NCBI RefSeq assembly: GCF_001194135.2
Contig: NC_068982.1
Span: forward strand, 12,884,681 to 12,948,680
Direction of reading: 5' to 3'
DNA length: 64,000 bases
Source: Octopus bimaculoides
Lineage: Eukaryota
Shown piece after piece: positions 61,571 to 64,000 of this stretch. The notes beneath the pieces are model-generated. The model was not told where the DNA came from. It did not search any database and saw only the letters and a list, made by a program, of their open reading frames with translations. The translations under genes and the position numbers were made by a program. Positions within the stretch are counted from its first letter, which is position 1; each line of letters starts with the position of its first letter.

Positions 61571-62371
61571 TAGCTATAATAAGCTTCTTACCTTACAGCT
61601 AAATCTGTATGTATACATTTTTTAACATCTGGTTACCATTCCTTTCATTAACTACTCACCTCTGTTATATAGCTGTGTCCCCTGTTTTTGTCAATCTGGC
61701 AAACTGGAGCAAAGAAGGTTGTACCCTTACCCTAGGGCACAGCACAATAACTGCTAAATAAAAATAGGTGCTACTAACAGAAACATATTAACATCCGTTT
61801 CTAATCAGCAAAGGAACCTTTATGTGGTTTCTTGAGCTGCTAAAAATAGTAACCAAATCTCCCTAGAAGTCATACTTTATTGTCTTAAATAATAAAACAA
61901 ACACTGGACAATGTTGTTTGAGATATTTTGTATTTTTTTAAAGATCCTTCCTGAGTCATATGACCTCATAGGGCCAATTTCTCGGTTGCTGTGGTGTATA
62001 TATTCTCCCTGGATGGGATGCTAGTGCATTGTAGGATAACTCATTTTTGCCAGCTGAGTGGAGTGGAGCAATATAAAATGAAGTGTTTTGCTCAAGGACA
62101 CAATGCATCACCTGATCCAAGAATTGAACCGACACAAGTCCAACACCCTAACCACTAAGCCATGTGCTTCCACAAGATACTTTGTGTGCAAAACGAAATG
62201 TAAATTAATTTTTTAAAAATGACAAGATGATCATTGCTGGAAAGCATTTGATCATAATAGCACTACTAGCCCAGAATTAAATTTGGGCTAAACAATAACA
62301 ATAAGAGGATGGTAATAGTAAGTTTTGAACCCTTTACCAAGTAGTTAGTAATTTAGTTTCATGAAACTCAC

Positions 62372-62431
62372 AGCTTTTATGCACTGTGCCATGCTTAAAA
62401 AATATCGGCTTTGAAATTCGAAATTGATTTT
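62372..62431 (-). CDS. Candidate exon KINFEFQSRYFLSMAQCIKA
   Basis: aatcacttcaaatag acceptor, strong gtgagt donor, 60 nt, phase 0-0. Confidence 0.3.
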
Positions 62432-62734
62432 CTATTTGAAGTGATTAAATACCAATAAAGTTAATACTTGTATTTATCAAAGCAAATCAAAAACGATGAC
62501 TGTCTGAAATGGACTGATGAACAGAAATTTTAATCACATGAACATAATTGTCTTTTTACGTTTACTTAACTTTTGCAAAACTGACAGCTAATTAATCTTT
62601 CACGAGTGGTGCTTGATATTAATATTTAAATATTTTTCTTGATTTCTAAGTTCTTCTCCATCCCTTGTTAAACACAAACCATAAAAACACATTTCTATGT
62701 TGAGAAATCTCACAATGTACCTTTGATGAATTGC

Positions 62735-63075
62735 AGGTGTGGCTGTGTGGTAAGTAGCTTGCTTACCAACCACATGGTTCCAGGTTCAGTCCTACTGCGG
62801 GGCACTTTAAGCAAGTGTTTTCTATTATAGCCTTCGGGTAGACTGCAAATGAAAGAAGCCAGTCATACATATATTCTTTTATTTGTTTCAGTCGTTTGAC
62901 TGATGCCATGCAGGAGCACCACCTTTAGTCGAACAAGTCGACCCCAGGACTTATTCTTTGTAAGCCTAGTACTTATTCTATCAGTCTCTTTTGCCTAACT
63001 ACTAAGTTACGGGAACGTAAACACACCAACATTGGTTGTTAAGTGATGGTGGGGGGTACAAACACACACACACAC
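62735..63075. mobile_element. SINE A head (+) followed by a SINE A 3' half (-)
   Basis: A-box-like TGGCTGTGTGG and B-box-like GGTTCAGTCC at about 62742-62792; antisense tail half from 62872. Confidence 0.8.
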
Positions 63076-63254
63076 ACACATATACGACAGGCATATATAT
63101 ATGTGTGTGTATAGATATATATATGTGTGTGTGTGTGTAAATATATATATATATATATAATTATATATATATATATATATATACACATAGATATATATAT
63201 ACATACATCTATATATATATATATATATATAGATATATATATATATATATACAA

Positions 63255-63289
<35 letters not shown>

Positions 63290-63549
63290 CTGATCACCGA
63301 TGTTGGTGTGTTGACATCCCCATAATCTAGCAGTTCTACACAAGAGAATGACAGAATAAGTACCCGGCTTAAAATGTTAAAATAGAATGTACAGGCATTA
63401 ATTCATTCAACAAAAAATTCTTCAAGGCCCTGCTCCAGCATGACCACAGTCTAATGATAAAATATGTGATATAAGTGATATAAGAAGTTTAAAAAAAAAC
63501 AAGCAAAAATATTGGGAACTTAGATAAAGTGTCCTGAATGATACAGGCA

Positions 63550-63712
63550 CATAGGTGCAGGAGTGGCTGTGTGGTAAGAAGCTTGCTTCCCAGCCACATT
63601 GTTCCAGGTTCAGTCCCACTGTGTGGCACCTGGGCAAGTGTTTTCTATTATAGCCTCAGGCCGACCAAAGCCTTGTGAGTGAATCTCATTGACAGAAAGT
63701 GAAAGAAGCCCA
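63550..63712 (+). mobile_element. SINE A 5' half
   Basis: Ends GAAAGAAGCCCATCGT, directly joined to RTE sequence. Confidence 0.85.
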
Positions 63713-63715
63713 TCG

Positions 63716-64000
63716 TATGCAGTTTGGGTTTGTGCCAGGTAAAAGCACTACTGATGCCTTATTTCTAGTGAGACAGTTGCAGAAGAAATACCTAGCTAAG
63801 GATAAACCTCTGTACCTGGCTTTTGTTGACATGGAGAAAGCCTTTGACAGAGTCCCCCGATCCCTTATCTGGTGGTCAATGAGGAAACTTGGGATAGAAG
63901 AATGGTTAGTGAGAGCTGTGTGAGCCATGTACAGAGATGCTGCCAGTAAGGTGAGGGTTGGAAATGAGTACAGCAATGAATTCCGGGTAGAGGTAGGGGT
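63716..64000 (+). mobile_element. 5'-truncated RTE LINE, reverse transcriptase N-terminal part, runs off the window
   Basis: MQFGFVPGKSTTDALFLVRQLQKKYLAKDKPLYLAFVDMEKAFDRVPR..W; one in-frame stop. Confidence 0.95.

Noticed and set aside
62513-62530. CTGATGA-ACA-GAAA as a hammerhead
   Set aside because: No stem II or flanking stem I can form. The CTGATGA hits in family C (about 14295 and 14469) also lack a GAAA partner.
62735-62810. tRNA genes at SINE heads
   Set aside because: A- and B-box-like motifs are present, but there is no closed cloverleaf and the sequence continues into the SINE body.

Overview
AT-rich animal genomic DNA from a gapped short-read scaffold, with no prokaryotic features and no intact long ORF. 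The repeat families, microsatellite density and TAA/GAT/CA arrays suggest a cephalopod, probably Octopus (inference, no database search). Most of the window is a transposon landscape. It holds three tRNA-headed SINE families (here A, B and D) and a headless (GAT)n-tailed family (C) that looks like the 3' UTR of an RTE LINE. It also holds RTE, CR1/L2-type and R4/Dong-type LINE fragments, decayed hAT, Tc1/mariner and possibly Merlin transposases, piggyBac- and Tc1-type MITEs, Helentron-like non-autonomous elements and three long fold-backs. A chain of short, splice-bounded, stop-free minus-strand segments (about 62.4, 46.3, 40.7, 36.6, 27.4, 25.0, 17.0 and 3.5-3.8 kb) may be exons of one long-intron gene whose product I cannot identify. 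The most notable items are a complete minimal hammerhead ribozyme motif at 20128-20173, a variant of it at 54270-54305, and a 78-bp-arm fold-back at 6408-6576 that looks like a hammerhead cassette converted into a near-perfect palindrome. Nearly all ORFs in the supplied track are microsatellite, N-gap or SINE artefacts. I found no convincing wholly new biological system; the leads are ranked below. Boundaries of decayed elements are approximate.
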